From a virus (Duplodnaviria; Caudoviricetes): DNA of 64,000 nucleotides. Under the pieces are notes generated by a model. The model did not search any database, was not told where the DNA came from, and saw only the letters and a list, made by a program, of their open reading frames with translations. Location: positions 1-64,000 of the IMG/VR virus record IMGVR_UViG_2775507207_000001. One strand, 5' to 3'. Shown in pieces: positions 1 through 9,056 of the stretch. Numbering within the stretch: position 1 is the first letter of the stretch; each line of letters starts with the position of its first letter. A program made the translations under genes and the position numbers.

Positions 1-164
1 TTGTCATACTCCGTCATGTTGATTGCAATGCGGCCGTCCGGCGTCTTGCGCCAGATGCGGCCTTGGGCCCAGGTGCCGTTTTTCACTTTGTGGCGAATGG
101 CGTCTTCGCTGTAGCCAGTTAGTTCTGAGGCGCGGCTGATCATTACCCAGCGAGGTAGGCTCAT
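1..164 (-). CDS. xis: Excisionase (runs off window edge)
   Basis: Manual translation MSLPRWVMISRASELTGYSEDAIRHKVKNGTWAQGRIWRKTPDGRIAINMTEYD, typical of phage Xis. ATG at 164 overlaps the MTase stop (ATGA). Confidence 0.8.
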   Translation of the reverse strand, partial: MSLPRWVMISRASELTGYSEDAIRHKVKNGTWAQGRIWRKTPDGRIAINMTEYD

Positions 165-1903
165 GCTGCTTCTCCCATAAGTTCGCGCTCATCTACGTCG
201 TTGTTGGCACTGATCAGCGCCATCATCGGCCACGGCGACACCGAGTTACCCACCATAAGCACCTGCGTCTTATTGCTGAATTTCCGGCCATCATGTCCAC
301 GATCAATCACGTAGTTGTCGGGGAAGCCCTGGGCGCGGTACAGCTCGCGTGGAGTGAGCATCCGCATGCCGATATCGACAATCACGTAAGGCGTGCCCTG
401 GATCGTCACAGTGACAAGGGCCAGGCGATCCCGTGTTGTAATGGTTGCGGCTGGGTCGCGCAGGTCGTAGGTGTTGTCGCTGCCGTAGTAGCCCATCAGG
501 AATGCCGCAACACGCATGGCGCCGGCCTCGACCTCTGGCGCGAGCTTGTACTCGACCAGAGCATGGTGTTCAGCGCCGGCTGTAATGGTCGGTACCAGTT
601 CGTCCATGGCCCGGCCGATGCAGTTCCTGCGAAGCGTCGACAGGTGCGCAGTGACGATCTGCTGCTGGCTGCCAGTGGTGGTGATCGCAGTAAGCGGTTT
701 AACCGGGTGATGCCCAGGCGTCACGTTGTATCCGCCGTTGTGCTGCGCGACATAGGCCACGGCCAAGGCGAAGTGCCCACCCTTAACGCCACTGCAGATG
801 GTGCGTAGAGGATCATCCCCTGGCATGTTGCGCTGGCTGCTGCCGTTGGCGTGTTCGGTGATGAAGGGCGCGAGTTGCGGCGTGACAAGGGCGAACCCCT
901 GCGCACCGGTTATGGTCTTCGCCGGATCTTCCACGGACTGGCATCGCGCCAGGTCGTTGCCGGTGTGGTTGACGCTGACAATGAACGGGTTCTTGTGTTC
1001 GAGGACATAGCGCTTGGCACCCTTGCGTAGGCGCTCCATGGTGTTGTTCACCAGTGGTCGTTTGACACCTGCAGCGCGGCCTTCTTTCTTGGTGAGGAAA
1101 ATGCTTGGGCATGGAAGAGACCAATCGATACAGCTGGCGGCGGTGCGGTAGGCTGACTGTCCCTTGGCTGGGTTCTTGAAGTGCGTAGGTTCCGGCCAGC
1201 GCAGTGGCTTACCGTCACGGCGAGCAATCAGGAACAAGCGCTCGCGGGTAGTGGCGGCGCCAAAGTCGCAGGCTTTGAGTTTGCCGTACATCAGGTCATA
1301 GCCCATGCACCGCAGGTTGTTTTCGAAGCGGCGCCAGGTTCGTCCTTTCCGTTTTGGATCGGGCACCAGGTACTGTTCTTGTACCGGTACCCGCTCGCCG
1401 GCAGCGGCGACTGTCATGTCACGGCGTACCACTCGGCCAGTCTTGCTGCAGCGCTTTGCGATCAGAGGTCCCCACTGGAGGATCTGCACGACGTTTTCCA
1501 TCGTGATCTTGCGGGGGCTGACCTGGCCTCCCCATTTTTGAATGACCCATGACTGCGAACGGCTGGTGGTGCTGCGCGCCTGACCGCCGGCAGCGAGGCT
1601 GTGGTGGGTGCATTCAGGGCTGGCGTGCAGGTGCGCAACTGGACGGCCGCGAGTCGCCAAGCGCGGGCACACGTCGTAGACGTCGGTGATGTAATGCTCG
1701 GCGCTCGGGTGGTTGCGCTTGTGCATGCTGATGGCGTCAGGGTTGTGGTTGATGGCGATATCGACCGGTATGCCGGTGCCCATCTCTTGGCCCATGGTTG
1801 CACCGCCGCCCCCGGCGAAAAGGTCCACGCGAATCTCGCCAGCGTAGTCTAGGCCGAATTGCGTTTTAACGATTGCATTGGTAATAGCATCAACTTCCCT
1901 CAT
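161..1903 (-). CDS. Phage DNA (cytosine-5)-methyltransferase
   Basis: Motifs DLFAGGGG, SPECTHHS, MENV, RERLF, RAQGFP, GNSV; GGAGG before ATG at 1903. Confidence 0.92.
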   Translation of the reverse strand: MREVDAITNAIVKTQFGLDYAGEIRVDLFAGGGGATMGQEMGTGIPVDIAINHNPDAISMHKRNHPSAEHYITDVYDVCPRLATRGRPVAHLHASPECTHHSLAAGGQARSTTSRSQSWVIQKWGGQVSPRKITMENVVQILQWGPLIAKRCSKTGRVVRRDMTVAAAGERVPVQEQYLVPDPKRKGRTWRRFENNLRCMGYDLMYGKLKACDFGAATTRERLFLIARRDGKPLRWPEPTHFKNPAKGQSAYRTAASCIDWSLPCPSIFLTKKEGRAAGVKRPLVNNTMERLRKGAKRYVLEHKNPFIVSVNHTGNDLARCQSVEDPAKTITGAQGFALVTPQLAPFITEHANGSSQRNMPGDDPLRTICSGVKGGHFALAVAYVAQHNGGYNVTPGHHPVKPLTAITTTGSQQQIVTAHLSTLRRNCIGRAMDELVPTITAGAEHHALVEYKLAPEVEAGAMRVAAFLMGYYGSDNTYDLRDPAATITTRDRLALVTVTIQGTPYVIVDIGMRMLTPRELYRAQGFPDNYVIDRGHDGRKFSNKTQVLMVGNSVSPWPMMALISANNDVDERELMGEAA

Positions 1904-2805
1904 TTCGCACCTCCATAGACGAATCCTTCGAGTGGAGGCAAGCTCAGTTCTATTTTTGGAAAAGAGGGCTGGCAATGGCTGCCGATGGTTTCACGTTCAA
2001 TTCCGGCAGTTTGTCCATGTGGCTTATTTCTCCCGTCGGTGCTGTAGCGGTGATAGGAACTCTTGTCTTGATTTTCAAGCAGCCGGACGCGCCTGCTTGG
2101 TTTCAAGTTATCGGTAGCTTGGCTGCCGTGGTAACCGCCCTGATCGTGGCGAACAAACAAGCTCGTGATATCGCTAAAGCAAGGCGAAACCGTGATGAAG
2201 TAGTATTCCGACTCGTCTGTGGTGTTGCTAAGCGTGCTGCTGCCGTAAGTAGCCTCTTGTTTCAAAACTTCGACACTATGCAGTCGAGCGACCGCGCTGC
2301 GCGGACTGAAATTATGACGACTGTTGAAGAGCAAACGCTGGCTATGCGCGGTATCAATCCGGTGGATTTGCCGTTGCCCGATATGGTCGAGCCGTTTCTG
2401 ATTATTCGGGGTGCATTGGAAAAGAGTGTTGTAATGGCACAACTGCTCTCTGACGGTTCGGCGGTTGATGTCTTGAAGTGCGTTACGACGCTTTCGCACA
2501 ATTCTCAGGCCGTCAACATGGCGGCGGTGAAACTGTCGGAGATGCGGCTTTCGTAGAAACCTATTTTTGCTTTTATACCCCAAGGCAGGCTGCGCGAGCG
2601 GGCGTGCTGGAGCGGTTAGCGTTGCATCACTGAGCGCTGCCCCGCGCAGCTTTTCGTGGGGTATAAGTGCCTCTGCAGTGGCGCTGGGAGGAGCAATAAT
2701 GCCTGCTGCTGCGCAGCAGAGACTGTTTGTTTCTAGTGTGTCGCCACCATTTGCAGTGCGGAGCAAAGCGGACAAGGCGCTGGTGTTGTTCTGTTGGTTC
2801 TTCAT
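1900..2805 (-). CDS. Hypothetical phage early protein (hosts a nested antisense gene)
   Basis: ATGA overlaps with the HD gene upstream and the MTase downstream; the central part may be non-functional read-through. Confidence 0.45.
   Translation of the reverse strand: MKNQQNNTSALSALLRTANGGDTLETNSLCCAAAGIIAPPSATAEALIPHEKLRGAALSDATLTAPARPLAQPALGYKSKNRFLRKPHLRQFHRRHVDGLRIVRKRRNALQDINRRTVREQLCHYNTLFQCTPNNQKRLDHIGQRQIHRIDTAHSQRLLFNSRHNFSPRSAVARLHSVEVLKQEATYGSSTLSNTTDESEYYFITVSPCFSDITSLFVRHDQGGYHGSQATDNLKPSRRVRLLENQDKSSYHRYSTDGRNKPHGQTAGIERETIGSHCQPSFPKIELSLPPLEGFVYGGAK
1975..2556 (+). CDS. Moron-like membrane protein (2 N-terminal TM segments plus helical domain)
   Basis: Hydrophobic segments MWLISPVGAVAVIGTLVLIF and WFQVIGSLAAVVTALIVA; GAGG RBS; antisense to operon; codon usage differs from flanks. 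Confidence 0.75.
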   Translation: MAADGFTFNSGSLSMWLISPVGAVAVIGTLVLIFKQPDAPAWFQVIGSLAAVVTALIVANKQARDIAKARRNRDEVVFRLVCGVAKRAAAVSSLLFQNFDTMQSSDRAARTEIMTTVEEQTLAMRGINPVDLPLPDMVEPFLIIRGALEKSVVMAQLLSDGSAVDVLKCVTTLSHNSQAVNMAAVKLSEMRLS

Positions 2806-3344
2806 GCCGCTTTCCTCCGGTGTTCGATAGCGAGTTGGTCCATCAGGCGCTGGTGGTAGGTGTTGCGGGCTTCTGCGGCAGACCATGGACGGATGGTTTC
2901 AACCATGGGTTCGATGCCGACCAAACAATCCCGGATAGCCGGATCGGGTGGCATGAGGTCGCGGCGTTCGGTAGCCAGCGCTATCAGGTCGGCCTTGTGG
3001 ACGCAGGCGGGGAGTTCTGGTGCTATGTCGAACCGATCACAGACGCGCCACCAGATACAGTCCTCGAAGTGCTCATAGGCACTGATCCATTGCTTGAGTG
3101 GCCGCGTCATGTCGCCCAGGTACGCCTCGGGTGCGTCATGAAGTAAGGCCGCGAGTTTGTGTTCTTCCGGCACCAGCTCGGCGACGATGCAGCTGTGCTG
3201 TGCCACGCTGTAGAACTCGCGGGTGTGACCGTTGAAGCGGCACAGGTGGGCCAGTGCGTGCGAGATGTCTCGTGGGTCGATCATGTCGGCGTCGGGTTCG
3301 AGCAGGTCAAAGTGTTTGCCTGAATGGGTCAGGATCCAGTTCAT
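2802..3344 (-). CDS. HD-domain phosphohydrolase (YfbR-like 5'-deoxynucleotidase family)
   Basis: Motifs CRFNGH, YSVAQHS, LLHDAPEAYLGD. Confidence 0.88.
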   Translation of the reverse strand: MNWILTHSGKHFDLLEPDADMIDPRDISHALAHLCRFNGHTREFYSVAQHSCIVAELVPEEHKLAALLHDAPEAYLGDMTRPLKQWISAYEHFEDCIWWRVCDRFDIAPELPACVHKADLIALATERRDLMPPDPAIRDCLVGIEPMVETIRPWSAAEARNTYHQRLMDQLAIEHRRKAA

Positions 3345-3739
3345 GCTGCGTCTCCCAACTCGAATGGGTCCAGCTGGGCAGCCATGTTCAGCGCCTTGTC
3401 ACGTAAGGTAAGTGCTTGAGTTGCCTGGCTGTCAGATCTCACCGCGCGGAAGGTGTCGGCCGCAAGGTTGAGCTTTTCGGCAATGGCTAACAGGGTGAGG
3501 CGATCCAGTGGCTGATGGTCCAATATCAGTTGCAGGCGCCGACACCGCTCGGAGATCTGCTCCAGAGCGGTAGAGCCCGCTGACTCCCCCTCGTCCATCC
3601 CTTCAATGAATCCTTGTGCGTGTCCTTCGTCGTAGCCCTGAGCCAGACCATCCGTTAAGCCGCCTCTGTAGCCGATCCAATAAAGGATCGCGAGCGCGAT
3701 AACGATGGTGATCAGTGCGCAGATTTGAATTACGGTCAT
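3341..3739 (-). CDS. Hypothetical phage protein with N-terminal TM helix
   Basis: GGAG RBS and ATG at 3739; TM segment followed by GxxxG repeats; overlaps the HD gene start. Confidence 0.7.
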   Translation of the reverse strand: MTVIQICALITIVIALAILYWIGYRGGLTDGLAQGYDEGHAQGFIEGMDEGESAGSTALEQISERCRRLQLILDHQPLDRLTLLAIAEKLNLAADTFRAVRSDSQATQALTLRDKALNMAAQLDPFELGDAA

Positions 3740-3788
3740 GTGGTGTGCTCCTGGTGGTTTTGTTGGCTGGTGGTGGCAGCCGTTGGTG

Positions 3789-4115
3789 TTACTGCTCTGG
3801 CTCGGTTGAATCAGTTTGTGGTCGCGGCATGTCCTCATCCGCCCTGTAAGCGCGGATATCAATCAGTGCCGCGACATGCTTGATGTGGGCATACCTCAAC
3901 GCCTTGACGCTGTGATCCAGGGTGGTCACCGGCAGCTGAATACGGCCGCTGTTGATCGCCTCAGTGAAGGTCTTTTCGTTGAGGTTCTTGAAGTAATGCA
4001 CGCGCAGCTTTTCCAGTGGGATAAGCACGTCGCCGAAGAGTTGGTGCAGCATCTCGACGGTTGCGCTATCTGGCGCGGGTTGCAGCCGTAGCGGTGTTTG
4101 ACTGTTGTTGCTCAT
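3789..4115 (-). CDS. prtN: Pyocin activator PrtN-family protein
   Basis: TVEMLHQLFGDVLIPLEKLRVHYF...IQLPV...HIKHVAALID resembles the PrtN family pattern. Confidence 0.72.
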   Translation of the reverse strand: MSNNSQTPLRLQPAPDSATVEMLHQLFGDVLIPLEKLRVHYFKNLNEKTFTEAINSGRIQLPVTTLDHSVKALRYAHIKHVAALIDIRAYRADEDMPRPQTDSTEPEQ

Positions 4116-4284
4116 GGGCGGCGGCCTCCTTGCGTTTGAGTCGTGAAGGGTGGTTCCAGGCATTCAGGCAATGGCGTTTGGTCAGCTCCCTCAGATGCTC
4201 CGGCACTTCGAGGAGCGCGGCGTTGCGCTCCTCGCGTGTGTGCATAGCGACGATCTGGCGGGCGTACTCCCTAGGCCATGTCAC
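4066..4284 (-). CDS. Hypothetical phage protein
   Basis: 72-aa ORF (WPREYARQIVAM...VPEHLRELTKRH) packed within the early operon. Confidence 0.65.
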   Translation of the reverse strand: MTWPREYARQIVAMHTREERNAALLEVPEHLRELTKRHCLNAWNHPSRLKRKEAAAHEQQQSNTATAATRAR

Positions 4285-4555
4285 GGTTATCTGCCGGGAT
4301 GGCTGGCAGTTCGAGGCCCAACTGTTCGGCGAGCCAGCGGATGCCGGCTTGGCGGACCTTGGTCGACTGGCTGTACTGCATGCCGGCGGTTTCGTGGTAC
4401 CAGTTGCTATCCTTGACTCGCAGGTAGTCTCGGTCCCGCACCGGGAAGGCCGGGAGATTGCGGTCGTTGAGCAGGCCCTTTTTACGCATTAGAGCGATCA
4501 GCTTTGGGCGTGTGAGGCCGAAGTACTTGGCGGCTTTTTCCAGGCTCCGTTCCAT
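4271..4555 (-). CDS. Phage antirepressor, KilA-C/ANT domain
   Basis: SLEKAAKYFG...LIALMRKKGLL...TKVRQAGIRWL resembles the KilAC domain; GGAGG RBS. Confidence 0.75.
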   Translation of the reverse strand: MERSLEKAAKYFGLTRPKLIALMRKKGLLNDRNLPAFPVRDRDYLRVKDSNWYHETAGMQYSQSTKVRQAGIRWLAEQLGLELPAIPADNRDMA

Positions 4556-4564
4556 CTCGGCCTC

Positions 4565-5146
4565 CTAGGCTGCGTGCGCGGCGGGTGTCGCCACGGCAGC
4601 CAGATGGGTGATGGACTCGGCCACCATGGAGTAGATCTCCACGTCGCTGCCGTACACTGTGAAGCACTTGGTACGCGGCTTTCTGACGCCGATGCTCATG
4701 ATGGTGGTGATGCCAGTGCGGGTTTTGTTGCGATGGATTGCCAGGTTGATAGGTTGCTCAAAACCCATGTCGAGGCTCAGCGCGCCGCCGGTTTGCACCA
4801 GGTCGAACACACGCTGCTTGTGTTCAATTTCGAAGACGCCGTAGCGGCGGTCAGCGTGCGGCACAGACGACGGATCGCTTGGACTCGCTGGCCCGTTGAC
4901 GATCTCCTCGATGAAGTCCGCAAGCTTAAGGTGCATCTTTTTGCTGTTTGTCAGGGTCAGCGTGTGGCGTTCGCTTCCCAGCTCAACAGTGAAGTGTGTG
5001 TCGGCTTTACGGCGCTCAACTTTCAGGCGGAAGGCTAGGGCCTCACGCTGAACTTCGGCACGCAGCAGGTGGTTGAAGGTTTCGGTTAGGTTTACCTGAG
5101 CCTTAAGCAGGGTCAGGGAGCGGTTGTCGAGTTTGTACTTGCTCAT
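4565..5146 (-). CDS. Hypothetical phage early protein
   Basis: 193-aa ORF with GGAGG RBS, coupled to the upstream gene. Confidence 0.7.
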   Translation of the reverse strand: MSKYKLDNRSLTLLKAQVNLTETFNHLLRAEVQREALAFRLKVERRKADTHFTVELGSERHTLTLTNSKKMHLKLADFIEEIVNGPASPSDPSSVPHADRRYGVFEIEHKQRVFDLVQTGGALSLDMGFEQPINLAIHRNKTRTGITTIMSIGVRKPRTKCFTVYGSDVEIYSMVAESITHLAAVATPAAHAA

Positions 5147-5319
5147 GCCGCTTGCCCTCCGCCGTTTGGATTGAATGGGGCGGGCGCGTGGCGTTCTTTC
5201 AGCTTTGCTTTGGACGCGATGAATGTGCAGCCTAGGTCTTGCGCCAAGCGGCGGATTTCAAAGATGCGGGAGGGGTTCGCAGCAGCCGGGTGGACGTGCA
5301 GGGTGGCTGTGGTGTGCAT
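5143..5319 (-). CDS. Small protein, first gene of the leftward early operon
   Basis: GAGG RBS, ATG at 5319; 58 aa; directly downstream of the left operators. Confidence 0.6.
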   Translation of the reverse strand: MHTTATLHVHPAAANPSRIFEIRRLAQDLGCTFIASKAKLKERHAPAPFNPNGGGQAA

Positions 5320-5358
5320 AGTTTTGCCTCGCTCTGTGGTGGAAGAGTGAGACAAATA

Positions 5359-5394
5359 TCAACTGACGGTTGTTATTTGTCAACCAGCGGTTGA
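5359..5394. promoter_or_regulatory. Left operator region (two repressor sites)
   Basis: TCAAC-TGACG-GTTGT (5359-5373) and TCAAC-CAGCG-GTTGA (5380-5394), the same palindrome as in the cI-cro interval. Confidence 0.8.
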
Positions 5395-5510
5395 TTAGTG
5401 GCCTTGGGCTATATTTCTTTGGCGCGACGTCCTTGGTGAATGGTAGTGTGGTAAGAGCTGAATATTGCATTAAAGCTAATGGAACTAATTAGGTCAGGGG
5501 ATTGATCGAA

Positions 5511-6896
5511 ATGAAGCTTAAAAATACTAATATCGTAATACCCGAAGGCAATATTTTTCTTAACGACAGACTCAAACGGAAAAAAAGTGTAGATAACTTA
5601 GGTGGGTTATTAGAGAAAGTAGTTTCTCCGTTAGTTTTCTCAGTGAATGCACCGTGGGGCGCGGGTAAAACTACATTCATGAGAATGCTTCATTCATCGT
5701 TAAGTGCTTCAGAGGCGAAGTCGATTTATTTCAGCGCATGGGAAACTGACTTTGCCGTTGATCCATTGTTGGCTTTTATCGGAGAAATGAACGTCGGACT
5801 TGCTTTTTTTATCAATGGTAATCAAGAGAAAAGTAAAGCGTGGGCCAAAGCAAAGGCGGCGGGAACGCATTTGATGCGTAGAGGTATACCAGTTGGGGTG
5901 AAGCTCGCAACTGCTGGTATCCTGGATCTTGATAAAATAATTGAAGATGAAACTTCAAAGCTGACGGAAGCGCTTGCTAAGGATGTCATAGATGCTTACT
6001 CCAAAAATAAGCAAGCGATATCTGTATTCAAGGAAAATGTTGCAAAGGTTTTAAAGAGCGAAGACGGATCCATAGGGAAGATGTATATCTTTGTAGACGA
6101 GCTTGATAGGTGTCGACCTACTTATGCAATAGAATTGCTAGAGCGAATAAAACATTTGTTGGATGTCGAAGGATTGGTATTTATATTGGCTTTGGATAAA
6201 CAGCAATTGGCGCACAGTGTGAAGGCAGTATATGGTGCGGATTTTGATGCGGTAGGATATCTCAAGCGGTTTATAGATGTTGAATTTACTTTGCCCCCCG
6301 CTGATACAGTTGATTTTGTAGGCGATTTGTTGACAAAGTTTGAGCTTGATAAATATTTCGATAAACGTAAAAAAGGAGAAACAGTACACGACAAGGAAAG
6401 CTTGCTTGGGATGCTGCGGACAGTAACTCGCCGAATGTCACTCAGAAGTATCGAGCAGTTGGTTGCTAAAGTTAAGCTGGTTTCTCTTTCGGTAAAAGAG
6501 AATCAATTTTTTTATCCAGAATTTGTTATATTTTTATTAGTGGTCAAAGAGAAATATAACGAAATTTACTTGGAGTTTTCGCAAGAGACTTCAAGTGGTA
6601 CGGATCTAACTGCTCTTCTCGTTGAGGTAGTTCCAGGTGATGAGTTGCTTTGGACTAGGCAGTATCTAGAAGGTGTGATCATCGCAGGCAAGATGAGGGC
6701 GGCACGCACGTGGTCTGAAAATAGAATCCAAGCGTTAAAGGATATTTACAATTCTCAGCAAGCTACCGAGCATCAAAAGAATGATGTCGGTAGAATATTG
6801 GATGTAGTTGATCAATCTACTAGGATGGGTGGAAACGTGCCATTACGGACAATTTTGGATCGGATAGATATGCTTTCTGATTTTGAATTCAATTGA
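5511..6896 (+). CDS. KAP-family P-loop NTPase (candidate phage exclusion/defence)
   Basis: Walker A APWGAGKT, YFSAWETDF, Walker B IFVDELDRCRP, YLKRFID; AT-rich. Confidence 0.9.
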   Translation: MKLKNTNIVIPEGNIFLNDRLKRKKSVDNLGGLLEKVVSPLVFSVNAPWGAGKTTFMRMLHSSLSASEAKSIYFSAWETDFAVDPLLAFIGEMNVGLAFFINGNQEKSKAWAKAKAAGTHLMRRGIPVGVKLATAGILDLDKIIEDETSKLTEALAKDVIDAYSKNKQAISVFKENVAKVLKSEDGSIGKMYIFVDELDRCRPTYAIELLERIKHLLDVEGLVFILALDKQQLAHSVKAVYGADFDAVGYLKRFIDVEFTLPPADTVDFVGDLLTKFELDKYFDKRKKGETVHDKESLLGMLRTVTRRMSLRSIEQLVAKVKLVSLSVKENQFFYPEFVIFLLVVKEKYNEIYLEFSQETSSGTDLTALLVEVVPGDELLWTRQYLEGVIIAGKMRAARTWSENRIQALKDIYNSQQATEHQKNDVGRILDVVDQSTRMGGNVPLRTILDRIDMLSDFEFN

Positions 6897-6924
6897 GATA
6901 ACTATCTTGGAGTGGCTCTTTGTG

Positions 6925-7650
6925 TCACTCCGGGATAAAAGATCCTACTACCTTGCCGCAAATATGAGTTTCTTCAGTTATATCAATAATTGGATATTGC
7001 GGATTTATTGGTTTTAAAAACTGTCTTCCTGCATCCTCAACTAAAACCTTAAAAGTAGCTTCATTTGTTCGAGGTAGCCTAGCTATTACTCTGTCGCCCG
7101 GCTTTGTCTCGGCTTCCGGATCTACAAAAATTATGCATCCGGTTGGATAGCTTCGTCCTGGTCCAGGATTTGTCATTGAATCACCAAGTACTTTAAGAGC
7201 GTAGCCATTTTCACTTATGGTTACTGGGCATGACAACCAGTTTTCTCCATCAAATAGTTCAACACTAGCTTCACACCACGCTCCAGCTTGTACCCAGGAG
7301 ATAAGTGGAACCTTGCCAAAGCGGCGAGTAATTTCTCCTATATTAGATTGCTGTAAGTTTGACAGTTTGATCAAATTGTTTTTGATTACTGAGTTTTTAG
7401 GCAGCACTCCATATTCCAACCATTCCCGTCTCACATTCAGCCAAGAGCACAATGCGACCATGCTATCTGCTTCAGCGACAGCATCGCCATTCAGCCATTT
7501 ACTAATCGCTTGTGGGCTTTTGTGCACGCCTAAGCTTTTCAGTTGTCTGTGTACGTCCACCCCACGCCCCCGGGTGCGTACACCGGCATCGTTGAGTGCT
7601 TCGTGAAGGCGCGCCGTGAAAGCTGCCCGTAGCTCATTCTTATCAACCAT
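6925..7650 (-). CDS. CI-like repressor (HTH plus S24 peptidase)
   Basis: HTH SPQAISKWLNG; VQAG cleavage site; GDSM and ATFKVL catalytic motifs. Confidence 0.92.
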   Translation of the reverse strand: MVDKNELRAAFTARLHEALNDAGVRTRGRGVDVHRQLKSLGVHKSPQAISKWLNGDAVAEADSMVALCSWLNVRREWLEYGVLPKNSVIKNNLIKLSNLQQSNIGEITRRFGKVPLISWVQAGAWCEASVELFDGENWLSCPVTISENGYALKVLGDSMTNPGPGRSYPTGCIIFVDPEAETKPGDRVIARLPRTNEATFKVLVEDAGRQFLKPINPQYPIIDITEETHICGKVVGSFIPE

Positions 7651-7713
7651 GAGTTGATACTCTCACAGGGGTTGCGCAATAGTCAGTTGATGTTAATATC
7701 AACCGCGAGTTGA
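7643..7713. promoter_or_regulatory. Right operator region (three repressor sites)
   Basis: TCAAC-CATGA-GTTGA (7643-7657, overlaps cI start), GCAAT-AGTCA-GTTGA (7676-7690), TCAAC-CGCGA-GTTGA (7699-7713). Confidence 0.82.
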
Positions 7714-7728
7714 TAAATGGAGGTTGCC

Positions 7729-7989
7729 ATGTTGGACCCCGCAGATTTTCCGAACGCCATCGCGTTCGCATTTGAAGCAGTAGGCGGCATCGGAGCCGCC
7801 GCCAAGGTATGTGACAGGAGTTACCAAGCACTCAATAAATGGCGCTTGGCTGCCAGCCTTCCGCGCACCGATTACACCGGTGAAACCCACTACGCAAAAC
7901 TTTTAGCGACTGCTGCAGAGCAAAAGGGCAACGCGTTTGACGCTGCCTGGTTGCTCAACGCATCGGCCCCGCAGAAAGCTGCAGAGTAG
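7729..7989 (+). CDS. Cro-like repressor
   Basis: HTH GGIGAAAKVCDRSYQALNKW, divergent from cI; GGAGG RBS. Confidence 0.85.
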   Translation: MLDPADFPNAIAFAFEAVGGIGAAAKVCDRSYQALNKWRLAASLPRTDYTGETHYAKLLATAAEQKGNAFDAAWLLNASAPQKAAE

Positions 7990-8083
7990 ATAGAAAAAAG
8001 GCGACCCAAGGGCCGCCCAGTTCCTCCCGGCACACACCACCACAGTGCTGTCGGGTCGCGACGAAGGTAGGAGGGCACACCAC

Positions 8084-8158
8084 ATGCAAACCACCTCCCT
8101 TTATCGCGCTGCCAAGACACGGATGTCTTGGGTTGCTGCCTTTTCCACCACAGATTAG
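8084..8158 (+). CDS. Possible 24-aa leader peptide (MQTTSLYRAAKTRMSWVAAFSTTD)
   Basis: GGAGG followed by GCACACCAC-ATG within the structured cro-cII intergenic region. Confidence 0.3.
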   Translation: MQTTSLYRAAKTRMSWVAAFSTTD

Positions 8159-8317
8159 GCAGCTGTTGCGCCAGAGGTGAGCAACGGATTGTTCGCCTCG
8201 GCACGGTGCCGGTTTTGATCCCTAGATCTTGCCGGCGTTTGGGCCCTTTCAAGCCACGCGGCAAATGTATCACCACTACACGTCGCGGGGCACTGGCAAC
8301 TTAGTAGGATTAATGCC

Positions 8318-8836
8318 ATGAGCCGAGTAGCTTTAAGCTGTGTTGATCGAGCGCAAAAGGAAGTACTGACGCTCGAATTAGCCTTGTACCACGCCGCACG
8401 GGACTATCCCGGCGGTGCCGCAGCAATCGCCGCCACCACCGGCCGCAATGCCACCACGCTGCAGCACAAGTTGTCTCCCACCCATCCCTCGCACACCGTC
8501 AACATTCAGGAGTTCGGCGAGATCCTCGAACTGACCAAGGACCGCCGCATTCTCGATGCGGTGCATGCCCTTGTCGGCGACACGATCTGGCAGGAACTGG
8601 CTGAGGCGTACACCAATGACATGCCTGAGACCCTGACCACGGGTATCGCCATGTTTTTCCGGCAGGTTGCCGATTTGTCCGAAACCTGGGCCAAGCATAT
8701 TGGCGACGGCAAGGTCGATGACCGTGAGCTGGCCGAGATCCGCCAGTTAGTGTTTCGCGGTATCCAGGGTTTGTTGGGCATGTACAACCGCGCCCGCTAC
8801 GTCAACCAGACGACTTGTGGGGTGGAACGTGGCTGA
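8318..8836 (+). CDS. CII-family phage regulatory protein
   Basis: YPGGAAAIA...TLQHKLSP...H pattern; position after cro. Confidence 0.8.
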   Translation: MSRVALSCVDRAQKEVLTLELALYHAARDYPGGAAAIAATTGRNATTLQHKLSPTHPSHTVNIQEFGEILELTKDRRILDAVHALVGDTIWQELAEAYTNDMPETLTTGIAMFFRQVADLSETWAKHIGDGKVDDRELAEIRQLVFRGIQGLLGMYNRARYVNQTTCGVERG

Positions 8837-9056
8837 TATCGCTGACTTCGCAAATGACCTGGTGCAAGAGCGCATAGATCAGGCCGTCGCTGCACGCCTG
8901 GCGCTGATGCCCAACACGGCTCAGCATTCGCTGATGTTCTGTGACGAATGCGATGGCCCCATTCCCGAGGCCCGTCGTTTGGCACAGCCCGGTTGCACGC
9001 TCTGCATTGAGTGCAAGACCGCCGATGATCAGAGGGCTGCCCGTTATGCTCGATGA
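8829..9056 (+). CDS. TraR/DksA C4 zinc-finger protein
   Basis: ADIADFAND, CDECDGPIPEARRLAQPGCTLCIEC. Confidence 0.9.
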   Translation: MADIADFANDLVQERIDQAVAARLALMPNTAQHSLMFCDECDGPIPEARRLAQPGCTLCIECKTADDQRAARYAR

